DNA of 63,267 nucleotides, counting the filler, from Choristocarpus tenellus KU-1152 (taxonomy: Eukaryota; Protista; Phaeophyceae), in the NCBI GenBank assembly GCA_964200185.2. It is 9 parts of 9 records of this genome, joined end to end, with 100 filler letters (N's around TTAATTAATTAA, not from the genome) between each part and the next. Parts side by side here need not be neighbours in the genome. Positions count along the whole stretch, not along the records: positions 31,936 to 36,817 come from CAXNAD020012681.1; positions 36,918 to 45,721 come from CAXNAD020004316.1; positions 45,822 to 53,050 come from CAXNAD020006504.1; 6 more parts are not named here. The stretch is one strand, 5' to 3'. The position numbers and the translations under genes are program-made. Every line of letters begins with the position of its first letter. Position 1 is the stretch's first letter. This document shows, piece by piece, positions 35,201-46,210 of this stretch. The notes beneath the pieces were generated by a model. That model saw only the letters and a list, made by a program, of their open reading frames with translations, was not told where the DNA came from and searched no databases.

Positions 35201-35749
35201 AATCATGCCAAAGCTACAAGACATCCTCTTCTAACATATCAAACCCTCCAAGGTATATGCCAGTAACACGCCCATTTCAGAGAGTGGCAATTGATTTGGT
35301 AAAGTACAAAACTCAATCAGAGAAAAGTATTTATGTCTTATCTGCTGTCGACCATTTAACAAGGTTTGCTTTGCTCAGTGCTATCCCTGACAAACAAGAG
35401 GCAACTGTAGCAAAAGCATTAACAGAACGAGTGTTTTCTAAATTTGGCGCCCCAGAAACCTTACGCTCAGACAGGGTAAAGAATTTGAAAATAAACTGAT
35501 CCTGGATCTTGAAAGGATCCATGGATACAAAAAAACAAAAACAACACCGTATCGATCTCAAGGCAATAGCATTCTTGAAATAATTCGTAAGACAATGCAT
35601 GTCATGCTGGCTATGCATTCCAGTATGAAGCAATCGGATTGGGCGTCATTATTGCCTTTTGTGCAACTGACTCAAAATACCGCTTATAATACCATTGTAC
35701 AAGAAACACCCTTTAATTTAATGTTTGGGAGACATCCCACATTACCAAT
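32300..35749 (+). mobile_element. Degenerate Ty3/Gypsy LTR-retrotransposon pol (protease, RT, RNase H, integrase)
   Basis: Protease end DKILLGN; RT RPPYR..PSSSPWAS..KPDGSPRFCADFR..KTAFVT..EFKRLPFG..IYLDD; RNase H VDASDFGMGAFL, RWTLALQAFDFTVLHKPGR; integrase RPFQRVAIDL..VDHLTRF..FGAPETLRSD..TPFNLMFGRHP. Many frameshifts; no LTR identified. Confidence 0.93.
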
Positions 35750-36006
35750 GAGTCAAAGTATTTTAGAGGGTAGAACCTCGTCCGTTTGGGGGCCAAAATT
35801 CAATGTTTCGATTATGATGTAATTTTGGCTATCGAGTTAGTTAGGAAGTGTCAATATCCTTGTTCCGGACACGCATTTCATAACGTACACATTTTACCTA
35901 CTCCGAAACATTTCGGAGTAGGAAAACGTCATAAAAAATCTGTGGGAAGCCAAACCCCAAAAGGACAAAGAGGGAAAAATTCGCACCCTCTAAGATACTT
36001 TCACTC
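35750..36006 (+). mobile_element. MITE family A copy inserted in the Gypsy integrase, TSD AAT/ACT
   Basis: GAGTCAAAGTATTTTAGAGGGTA...CACCCTCTAAGATACTTTCACTC; removing it restores FGRHPTLP-TDL. Confidence 0.92.
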
Positions 36007-37039
36007 ACTGACCTCTTAAAAGTTGCCAATTGACCTACCTAGCTTGGAATAGAGCTCGGCCTTACTCTGGCAAACCTTGGTCTAGTTCTTGTTCGGGACA
36101 AAGATGCTTTCATGTTGAATGTGCAGTATGAGCTACCTCGAGCATGGATTTCCTCGTGTACATCTCAGTTGCATGCCATCAAAGATGGGTGATGCTCAAT
36201 TGAATTCTCTTTGCCAGTACTAAGTACCAGTCTCATCCTACGGCAGCCTAAACTAAACATTCCATCAAGTCCGTTCTCTTGTTCTTGCTCCTATCACATG
36301 TTATTGTTTTAGGTGTATTTGGTGATTTTTTTGTTCTAACAAACATTGCTAATATAAGATTTACTATTAATTTTTCTATATTAGCAGAAGAAAAACATAA
36401 GTCAATATAAATATTTATACTAGGCACTACCGCTGACCTAAAATTCTATAACCCAGTAGATACAAGACCTCCAGTATCCCTAAATTGCTATTTTTTACTG
36501 TTTTATTCCGAAGTCAGGAAAAAATTCGATAACTTAAGAGATGCAATCACTGAAGCAATATCTAGAACCTTTCCGTGTTAGCCATATGGTCTCTTTTAGA
36601 ATTATTCTGCGATTGATTTGATCAATTTGGCGATTTGCGTGCCCTTTAAATTCATCAAACAGAGCAACTTGCTATGATCTTTAGTGGTTTAGGGTTTATT
36701 TAAACCCTGAGGTGCGTTTACAGTTACTCCTATCGAATCCGTTGTATGCGGTGTGTGTATGTATACAAACTGACTAATATTTTCGAAGAATACGTTTATG
36801 ACTCTCTGTTAAGAATANNNNNNNNNNNNNNNNNNNNNNNNNNNNNNNNNNNNNNNNNNNNTTAATTAATTAANNNNNNNNNNNNNNNNNNNNNNNNNNN
36901 NNNNNNNNNNNNNNNNNTGAGGGGGTGAAGGAGGCGTGACCCAAGAGGAGGGGGGGGGGGGTAGGGGCGGCAAGGCTCAAACCAACATGTTGGGCGTTAG
37001 GACTGTGGAAGTGACAGCTCAGGGCCTCAGGGAGCCAAA

Positions 37040-37918
37040 AAAGGGACAGGGACTTGGCAGTGGATGAAGAAAGAATTAGTTTTGCTGCTATCAAGGATAT
37101 TTCCTTTTGATCAGAGGATAAGAATAGTCACAGTCCAGGTGGGGAGCTCAACAAGGTGACCGACCACCTCGGCCCAATCCTATTCTTTCTCCATACCTCC
37201 AAGGCACTGAAGAAAACTGAGACAACATTTGGACCCAGGGATTTATCATCATATCGTTTTTAGGATGACTCATAGGGATTGATGGTACACTCATCGCAGG
37301 AGCATTCCATCAGGTCAAGACGGATCTGTTGGGGGTGGGTATTCTCCTCAATAAGGAATAGACTAAGGTGACCCATAAGGATCAATAGCCTTCGCAATCA
37401 GAGCTGGGTCTCCTGACCGTGGCGGACGTCAACCTTGCCCCAGACACCGCTATTTTTGTCGCCCTGGGTGCACCTTTAGCCACGGAAGTGTTCAAGCTCA
37501 CAAGTCAGAAGTGCTAGGGAGCTCTGGGTCACAGAACCCAGTCACATACGTCAGTGAGATGGAGGGTATGCGAGCGGCATGAGTTCTCAACAACTAGTAC
37601 CTCTCTCTCCATCTGAGCTACATTGTAAGGGTCACCCTACCACAACTATCAAGTTCCGTCATGTAGTATGCAGAATAGTCTTTTTTGTGGGCATTTGAGA
37701 GGATCAAGTAGGTGAAACACTTGGCCGAGGCAACTGAATTCTTCAAAGGGTGTAGTGGTTTGCTTTGCTTGGAGAGACACACCAGCAAGTCCAACCTTAC
37801 ATTGCCAACTAGTACAGGAGGTTCAGGTCTGTCCTCTATGCTCTATTTCCAACATGCATCTTTTATGGGATCACTAGTGCCCACCCTTCCCACCCTCCTA
37901 GTGCCACCAGGCACCTGA
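37040..37918 (+). pseudogene. Decayed non-LTR retrotransposon RT (CRE-like / early-branching clade)
   Basis: WGAQQGD..LGPILF (cf. GVQQGDPLGPLLF) at about 37140-37190 and LTLPTSTGGSGLSS..HASFMGS (cf. LPxxxGGLGL..AAFLGS) at about 37795-37875. Confidence 0.65.
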
Positions 37919-38662
37919 TTGACGATAGCCTCTCTTTCTACTGGGCGTGATGGAGTGGACAGGGGAAGCTCCGTGTTGAGGAAGCACCACTGTCATACGT
38001 TTTTCGTTTCTTCACTGCACTGTAATGTGCCATCTCGTTCAAATGGTCTCTGTAAGAGCTCTCCATGGGGCCCTTGTGGTCTAGCCAAAAGAGTGGGGAG
38101 TGCAATCGAACCAATAGTTCCTATAACTTCATATCTTTTAAATATTTACCCGATTCGAGATTATGCTCCAGTATAATTAAATTGTATATATTCCTCACCA
38201 AGCAAGACTATTGGTGGAGCTTCAATGTCCTTTAAACTTTTGTAATTTTATTATTAATAATGGAGATGGTAAAGCAGAGGATATGGACAAATCGGATAAC
38301 CTTTTTTACAAAAAGTACAAGAACAGGCTGGCTTTGAATTGGGTTGGGAAATAAAGCGTGTACACTAGGACAATTTTATATATTATCATGCCCTCTTGAC
38401 ATTTTGCAGATGTGTCAGGGGGGAAACCAATGAAACCAATTTTATCATTTCTATCTCTATTTTTAAGAAATCGTTCTTCCATCATTTTAGTTTAAGATAG
38501 TTTATTTCTGTATTTTACGGATTGATCACCAGCAATCCCACACAGGGTACATGTTGGAGGTGCAGTGCACGGGGGAGATCCCCTGTTTTGGGGGACCATC
38601 TTCTTCACTTCTTTACACGGATTATTGCAAGCCTAACCATACCCTTAACCCTAACCCTAACT

Positions 38663-38842
38663 GGCTCAAAGTATCTGGGGGGGGGGGGGGGGAAACAACC
38701 AAGGGGGACACTTTGCCCCAGGACAAGGAAAAACGCCCACAAAATATCCATCCGACATGTGCAATCGAATGATCCAAAAATGGCAACATGAAAAAATTGG
38801 ACCCAAATGGACTGCCGGCACCCCCCCCAGATAATTTGAGCC
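38663..38842 (+). mobile_element. MITE family C full copy, 3-bp TSD ACT, at the end of a telomeric tract
   Basis: GGCTCAAAGTATCT(G)n...(C)8AGATAATTTGAGCC; flanks ACT/ACT; left flank is CCCTAACCCTAACT. Confidence 0.92.
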
Positions 38843-39149
38843 ACTTGTATGCAAAAAAATCCCTATCCAGCCAAGAAAAAATTCTAGAAGGAAGAGGCAC
38901 AGGAGTATTGTGTGCACTAGGGAGCCACAACCTCTCTCAAGGATCCACCACTATCGCTTTTCACACTTATTTGAGAATCTAACTCCAAGGACATTGGGGC
39001 CTCCCAAAGACTGGGGATTCCCCCTGTGCACTGCGGTGGTGCGTCACAGAGGACAGACATACGATACGCCCCCTAAACTTGTGGGCATCTGTACCTAAAC
39101 TTGCTTGTGTGCATCTAAGCGAAAAAAACCCGTTGTCACACACTCCACA

Positions 39150-40270
39150 TGAGCGAGCCTGAGCTAGACACTATCTTCAGACGCCCACCCTTCCCTTTTC
39201 CCTTCCACTTACACCTGAACAAACAACCGTACAAGTGCCCTCAACACTTGGAGGGCATAATAAGCCATTATGTGCCCAGGTACTCGGTTATGGTGGGTAC
39301 ATACACGAGTATGGTATTGACCCATGTGCAGGATATGCCCTTCCGTATGTGGAGGACAATGGTAAGGTAGGTGAGAGGAAAGGTGGAGACACAAAATCTG
39401 CCATAAAGGCGCACACAATAAGTCATCAATGGTAAAGTTGGGTTGTTGTTGGAGGAGGAAGACCACCATACACTACCCACCACCGCATAGATGCACGTTT
39501 GTAGTGTGCAGGTGGTACAGCGTTCGATGGGGAAGGGGTAAAGTATGTCATATACTGTATGCCAGTGCACAAGTGCCATATTATTATCTGATATTGTGCA
39601 CCGCTTTGGTCCAGGGAGAAATGACGCCAAGTACTTTGAGGGTGAGAAAATGTAGCCCAGAGGGTTTCATTGGAGGCATTAGGTCCTGGCTACTTATTTG
39701 GTCCCCACAAAATTATTACGGTATCCCAAAGAATGGGCATGATGGAAGATAATTGTATGTGGATGGAGTTGGAAGTTCTAGGCATTATGGAGTAGTAGGA
39801 GATTAGAGCACAAGAGGCAGAGAACAATCCATTGGTGGAACCAAGACCACGTCCATGTACTGTCCATGACCTGGGCAGACCTCCCATAAATGATATGTGG
39901 GGTTTGTAAGAGTTTCCCTTGTAATGTGTGGGGGTAGTTCAGCTGTGGTGGTGGAATGTTGGAGGACACATAGGGGCAAGGAAACAATGGAGGAAGCAAC
40001 ACCTGTGGAGGTTGATGCCTTCAAGGTTTGCAGGAGGAACCCCCTCAACAATTGATGATATGGACAGTGGAAGTTACTATGACCCATTTAAGTGGTGCAG
40101 GGAAATGAAATCAGAATTTCGGTGCCTGGCAAGACTTGTCCGCAGCATTTTGGCTTCCATGCTACGCAACAAGGAGACTCAGAGTACATGTTCTTAACAC
40201 CTGGGAATATTGCGAGCTAGCAAAGAACAGAGGCTGAACCCAGGTTATGTGCACCTCCATGTCTTCCTTT
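39150..40270 (+). pseudogene. Decayed hAT transposase (C-terminal dimerisation domain recognisable at about 40080-40260)
   Basis: DPFKWCREMKSEFRCLARLVRSILAS...STCS*HLGILRASKEQRLNP matches DPLxWW..FPxLAxLARxIL..SERxFS..RxRL. The 5' limit is approximate. Confidence 0.65.
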
Positions 40271-40697
40271 GCAACACCTGCTAGATAAAGGTGGATTCAT
40301 GGGAGGATGCCAGCAGTAACAAAAAGGATACCATCTGAAGATTGAAGCAGCAACAACTTGTAGCCACAACACACACATCATAAACGAGATATGTTTTTCA
40401 GAAAGGAAAAAGTCTAACATAAAATTTTATTATAAAAAAAAATGGAAACGAAAAGTGTAAGAAGGAGTTGACGTTGGAATGTGTCCCCATCATCTATGCA
40501 CCCTCTAATGTTGATTGGTGTGGTTCCCTCACGGGTCAATTATATTTACTAATTTTTTTTTACCCGATTTAACTTCACTCATATATTGTTTTAATTCACA
40601 ACACTATACTTTATAGATATAATATTACCATCATTCATGTTTTGGAGAGAGCCAGCGCCCACCCCACTGAACGAAGGAAGTACACAACAGTGGCAAA

Positions 40698-43600
40698 ATG
40701 AGGATTTGTGCTGTCTCGTGGGCACCTCTCCTACTGCCCATCTGCAACGGACTTCTGCATTCACCTATAAGGTTGCTCCCCAGTCAGCATTTACTGAGGA
40801 GTGAGGTCAGTTATGCAGCAGGATACGGGGTCAAAATGGTTGCTACTTCAGGGACCGATTCAAGCATGCCCTTGCTCCACAAGCCACGGATAGTGACTTT
40901 GACTCCTGCAACGGTGGAAAGCCCCTTCCACCATCGGGGAAAGCACGTTCCTTGGCTCGAGGTGATATGATATTTCTTGCATTGGTGATATATTTGCGGT
41001 CAACGCCAAGTGGCATTGGGGTGTCTACTTTGTTACCTATGGACATCTCGCAGGGCATCTGAGTATTGATAATGAAACACCCCAACGAATTTTCAAAACC
41101 TCTGTGCATAGAATTCTCGAGAATGTCAGGAACCACAAGCACTCAACTGTTTATTCAACATTCCTCGACAACGAAGTAGGGTGTGAAAGTCACTTCATTG
41201 AAGCCAGGGTGTTTCATTTGCATTGTCGACTATTTTGAGTTGTTTCATTTTTTTGACAAGTGTTGAAGAGCGAGTAAGGAACAATGTTTCCCCTTTCTCC
41301 ACTTTAACCCCGTTCGTCAGACTTCCTTCCGCCCCTAACCCTTGTAGGTCTGGCAGCATGTCGCCACACGAGTTGGCTGGGCCGAACCTGGTGTAGACAT
41401 GCAGGTATTCTCGTCAGATAACCTCTTGGAAGAAGGGAAGAGCGGGAGTGAAGGGCAAGAGGACTTCATTGCTTCCCTCTCATCAGCTGATATTTTCATT
41501 GCCAGCACTGTGAAGGATCCCATTGTTTCTCAGTGGGCAGCAAAGGAAGTTTCAAAGTCTGGTGTGAAGACCCGCTATTGCCGAGACTCTGTAGGGGAGC
41601 TTGGAGAGGCGTCGCTGCTGGGGGAATATCGACCACAGCCTGGAGATTCGACAGTGCCACGATGGATAGAAAATCTCCCTGACTTCCTTCAGAACATTCT
41701 GTTTGGAGCAACGAAAAAGGATCGGGAGTTGTGGTCGACCCTTGGAGGGTTCTATGACAGGAACTCCTCTGAGGATCTAGTCTTTTTGGTACTGGTACTG
41801 GTTGATACATTCACCGCCCTGGAGGTGGGCCGGGTAACTGGGATTGGGAAGGACGGCGGGTTGGACACACTGAAGTGCATGTTGACCAACTGCAAGAAGG
41901 AAGTTTTGAACTGTGCCAAGGATCCAGCCTGCAGGGCATGCATAGATTGCCTCCAGAAGTGCCCTCCAAATGACCAGGTGCGCTGGGGAGAGGTGGTTAC
42001 TGCACGTGTTCGAGCCTGGGGGCTGGGATTGAAGAGAAGAAACAGGGGTTCAATTGACACCCTGATTCCAGGAGTCTCTTTTCTGTCTCTGCCACATTGT
42101 ATTATGAGGTGTTTCACCTGTGGCTAGGTTCACATTTTCAGCAAAGCACAGTTGGCAGGGAATTAGTGCATGCCAAGGGTTTTTTTCGTGTATGATCATG
42201 CACTGTGTTAGTGGAGGTGAGTGAGGTGTAAATTGCAGCATGTAGGTAACACTTTTTTTGGTGGTGATGTCATTGCCCTTGTGGGAGTGTTGGCGTGAAG
42301 ATATATTATAGGTCTCCATGTCAGCAAGAGCATGATGACCCCCTTTTAGGGAAAATGTAGATGTTGTGATACCAGTGAACCATGAGTGGCGCTGTGGTGG
42401 GAAGAACGTTAATGCAGAAGGCCGATCTACTCTCTCTGCATACTGCGTGGAAGATTTCACTCTTTCAATGTCATGTCGATGCCACAAATGGTGGTGCTGT
42501 TGTGTCACGGTCAACTCTATAAGGGAGGGCAAATACAAGGATTAGGAGTCCCTTAGCCTTCCAATCTTCCCTTCCCCTCTCCCCCCCCTCTGAAGTACCC
42601 CCTCCCCCCCCCCCCACTCATATCCACAAGGTATGTGCCTACCGCTGCATCACGTCATACGAGACAAAAGCAATGGAGGCGTTCTCCTTGTGTGTTCTCC
42701 AAAAGAACAACTGCATGTGTAATTCTGCAGAGATCCCATCCCTCCCGAACCCAAGCCCATTAGCCCAATTCCGAGGAAAGCCCCTGACATTCACCGCTGC
42801 TGAGGATCTCTTCATTGGCTGGCTCGGGAAACTCCCCTACTCTTGGAAGGTGGTGAGTTTCAGGCATGTTCTATAGCCATGGCCATAGCCCCTGGACTAC
42901 CGTACAAGGTCAGAGTACTGTTGTCCAATTTTTTTTTCAAAGTTTAATTGTGATCTCAAAGACAGGCCCTCCATTTTACCTTGCGTGTGTAACCTCAGCA
43001 TGATTGAGTGCTGTGCCTCATGTGCCCCTTCTGCTCTTCACGCCAATTCTCTCCCTTCTTTGTCAGGTTTGTGGGCAGAACCCTGCATATGATTTCTTCC
43101 CTTCACAGCACCAGATTTTCTATAGGGGTCGAGGCAAGGGTCAGATGTGGTACGACCCAGTCTTCAAGGTATTCACTCTTGATGGAAAGGAGGTAAGCGC
43201 TTCAGTCAGACCCTCAAGGCATTTGACATGACCATAGTACTTGCTGGGCCAATTTAGAAATTGAAGACATCAACTTCAAACTGAAATATGTGATGAGATG
43301 TTCGACATTTGTTCCAACACCGTCACATTAGAACCCTGATTGGTCCACACTGTTCCTCACACTATCAACCAAAATTCTGGGTAGCGTAGGTCAATATTTA
43401 GGCGTCACCTGTCAGGCAGCAAATCAAAGGGCCAACACCATCTACGTTTTGTAGGAAAATGCCATCCTTAGGTTGTAAAGACCCAACGAAAGTGAACATT
43501 TGATGCATTTATTTTTCTCATTTGTGATCTGGTGAGGTGTGTGCATACAGCAATTTTTGAAGATGGTATTGTGTTGGCTAAAATCCAGGCAGCTCAAGAC

Positions 43601-45598
43601 AACACGCATTGGATTATATTGAATCAAACCTCTACCGTAGATTTTTTTTTTTCCCTACAAAACGTCCACACCTATCATGACCTATCCTTCATATCCCTTG
43701 GACGTTTGGAATGCCATGACTCGGAAATTCAGTGCAAACAATTTCTCAGCAAGAACAGGTATTGCCGTGTAACAAGGCAGAGTACACAGGTTGTAGGCTA
43801 TCATTTCATCCCATGTTGTCAGGCTAGCAGTGCATGGTTCACTTCGTTTCACCTCTGTGCGTCCAGAAATCCTCAATTTTGGCGCAAAGCCCTGCGATCC
43901 CATACCGGTGGTCCCTCAGCTGGTTGATGACATATCCATTAGACTGTGTCGGCGTCATTCAGAACACTATGTGCGATTTTTCATGCACTGAGCTTGTTTC
44001 ATGTCACTTGTATGCTTCCACTTGGGTGATGTGTGCTTGAAGTAGCCTTTCCGTGTACTAAAGTTTGAATATTGTCACGTTTTTCTTAAAATGCAAGGAT
44101 TGATGCCTATATATATATATATATATATATTCATTTGGCACTGGAAAAGTGACCTGTATTAGCTCTTGATCAATCTGAAGACTGAATCTGTCGACTCTGG
44201 TTGATTGTACCTTTTTTCGCCTCCTACCCCTAGTCCAGTTCCCCCATTGCATTGATCTAATGCGATTTGTTCATTTGACTGAGAACACCTATCCGAAACT
44301 CCTATCTGACCCCATATAGGGGTGCTGGGGATGAGTGTGTGGTGATTGCGTTGTTGTTTGGAGACATGGGGGACATGAAATGGGATGTAACTGTATGTTT
44401 TTTTTTTTCAGGCCTGGCGACGTAGGCACTACAGAGTTCGAGCAGCTGACACCCCGGGCACCTTCCACTTCTCGGTTCTTGACAATGGGGTTACATCAAA
44501 GGAGTACTGGCGAATAATGGATGTTGCAGAGGACCTCTCATGGGGTGAGAGCTGAAGGAGGGATCATAAGGGAATAGTGGTCTAGGAATGAGGGCTGGTG
44601 GATGGGAAGTAGGAGTATCATGTAACATGTCTCCACTTTATTGCCTCCAATGTAGGGTGCTCGAGGATTGCACCAAATTGACTTGCAAATATTTTAAAAA
44701 ATTAAATGTAATTTTTGCAGGCCTTTTTTGAAGCGCTTGTCAATTGGGGGTATGCACTGCTGTGCTACAGATTCCCTATACCTTGTCAGGGTGTGATCAA
44801 GTTCTTGCATGTGTGTGTGTTGATGTGTGCTGGGAGATACCTACCAAGGAATAGAAAACTGATTTGAGACAAGAGTTGTTGGGTGGATTCTACACCCTCT
44901 CAACCACACCAACTGTGTTGGGGCAGGGGTATTCTACTATGCTGGTGCAGCATCGGCAGCTGGACAGTCATACACAGGTGGTCTCTTAGTGACTCCTGAG
45001 GGAAGCTGGCCTGCTGAAAGTGAGATGGGTCGAGTGGAAGAGGCTTTTGAAGCCTGCGGAATGAAGATGTGGGAGCTCTTCGAGGTGGGAAAGTGCTGGT
45101 TTCAGATGCTGAATCATTTTGGCCCCCGTTATAAAATAATATAGGAGAATCCGTTTGTTGAGAACTGTCGCCGCCTTTAGTCTATCGCTCAGGGTACCTG
45201 TTTGAAGAGGTGTGTTCTGAAATTCATCAAAAGGCCCTTTCTTCATTGAGTATGATCTGCTGCAGCTGTGATTATCTGTGAAAGCACAGAAGGACTAATC
45301 ATTCATGTTGACATTTCTGCGCAAGAGCGTGCTAGGTTGTGTGCAGTATTTTTTCCCCTGTCTCCTCCCCCTTGGTATGTCACCCCACTCCTTGCTGTTA
45401 CATGTGCATATATATAGTAACTATCTGCGAGTGGTTTTGCCTTTCCACAATAGCACTCATGACACCCTTCCCTTTGTCGAATGTCTTCCAATGTATAACC
45501 GGTCCTGCCAGGTGGATAACTCAGACACGAACGGGGCGCCACTGGGCCTCTCAGACGACTTTGCCGCCCACAATAACAATGCCCTGGGGCTGGTCTGA
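40698..45598 (+). CDS. VDR: Violaxanthin de-epoxidase-related protein, 7 exons (40698-40961, 41348-41977, 42631-42852, 43067-43192, 44412-44544, 44927-45084, 45512-45598)
   Basis: All junctions are GT-AG and in phase. Signal-peptide-like N-terminus; Cys-rich domain CMLTNCKKEVLNCAKDPACRACIDCLQKCPPNDQVCAYRCITSYE..LCVLQKNNC; lipocalin-region motifs GQNPAYDFFP, WRRRHYRV, FSVLDNGVTSKEYW and FYYAGAASAAGQSYTGG. Confidence 0.92.
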
Positions 45599-45821
45599 TC
45601 AGTGCAGCGTGAGTAAATACACTGTTCAGAAAAAAAAAAAACTTTCGCTTCTTCATCCTTGCAAGCAGAAAACTGGAGGAAAAAAGGGTGATGCTGCTGT
45701 TTTTCTTGTTGAGGGTGTCGGNNNNNNNNNNNNNNNNNNNNNNNNNNNNNNNNNNNNNNNNNNNNTTAATTAATTAANNNNNNNNNNNNNNNNNNNNNNN
45801 NNNNNNNNNNNNNNNNNNNNN

Positions 45822-45878
45822 CATGAAAAAATTGACCAAAAATGGACAGCCGCCACCCCCTCCCAGATACTTTGAGCC
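45822..45878 (+). mobile_element. MITE family C right end at a contig start
   Basis: CATGAAAAAATTGACCAAAAATGGACAGCCGCCACCCCCTCCCAGATACTTTGAGCC. Confidence 0.85.
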
Positions 45879-45947
45879 TCGAATACTTCATATATGCTAT
45901 GTTCATGATGAGGAGTGCATCTTTCATCAATATATATTACTCCCTAC

Positions 45948-46206
45948 GAGTGAAAGTATCTTAGAGGGTACGAGTTTTGCCCTGTTTGTCCATTTCGGGC
46001 TTGGCTTCCCATGGGTTCTCTTACGACATTTTCCTACTCCGAAATGTTTCGGAGTGGGGAGAGTGTATACGTCATGAAAAGGTGTGTCCAGAACATGGAT
46101 ATTGACACTTTCTAACGAACACGATAGCCAAAATTACATCAAAATTGCAACATTGGATTTTGGCCCCCAAATGGACGCGGCTCTACCCTCTAAGATACTT
46201 TGGCTC
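45948..46206 (-). mobile_element. MITE family A copy (inverted), 4-bp TSD CTAC
   Basis: GAGTGAAAGTATCTTAGAGGGTA...TACCCTCTAAGATACTTTGGCTC; flanks CTAC/CTAC. Confidence 0.93.
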
Positions 46207-46210
46207 CTAC

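Noticed and set aside
22822-45598. Photosynthesis gene cluster (LPA1-like + VDR)
   Set aside because: 16 kb and two scaffold gaps apart; two plastid-targeted genes in 63 kb is unremarkable.
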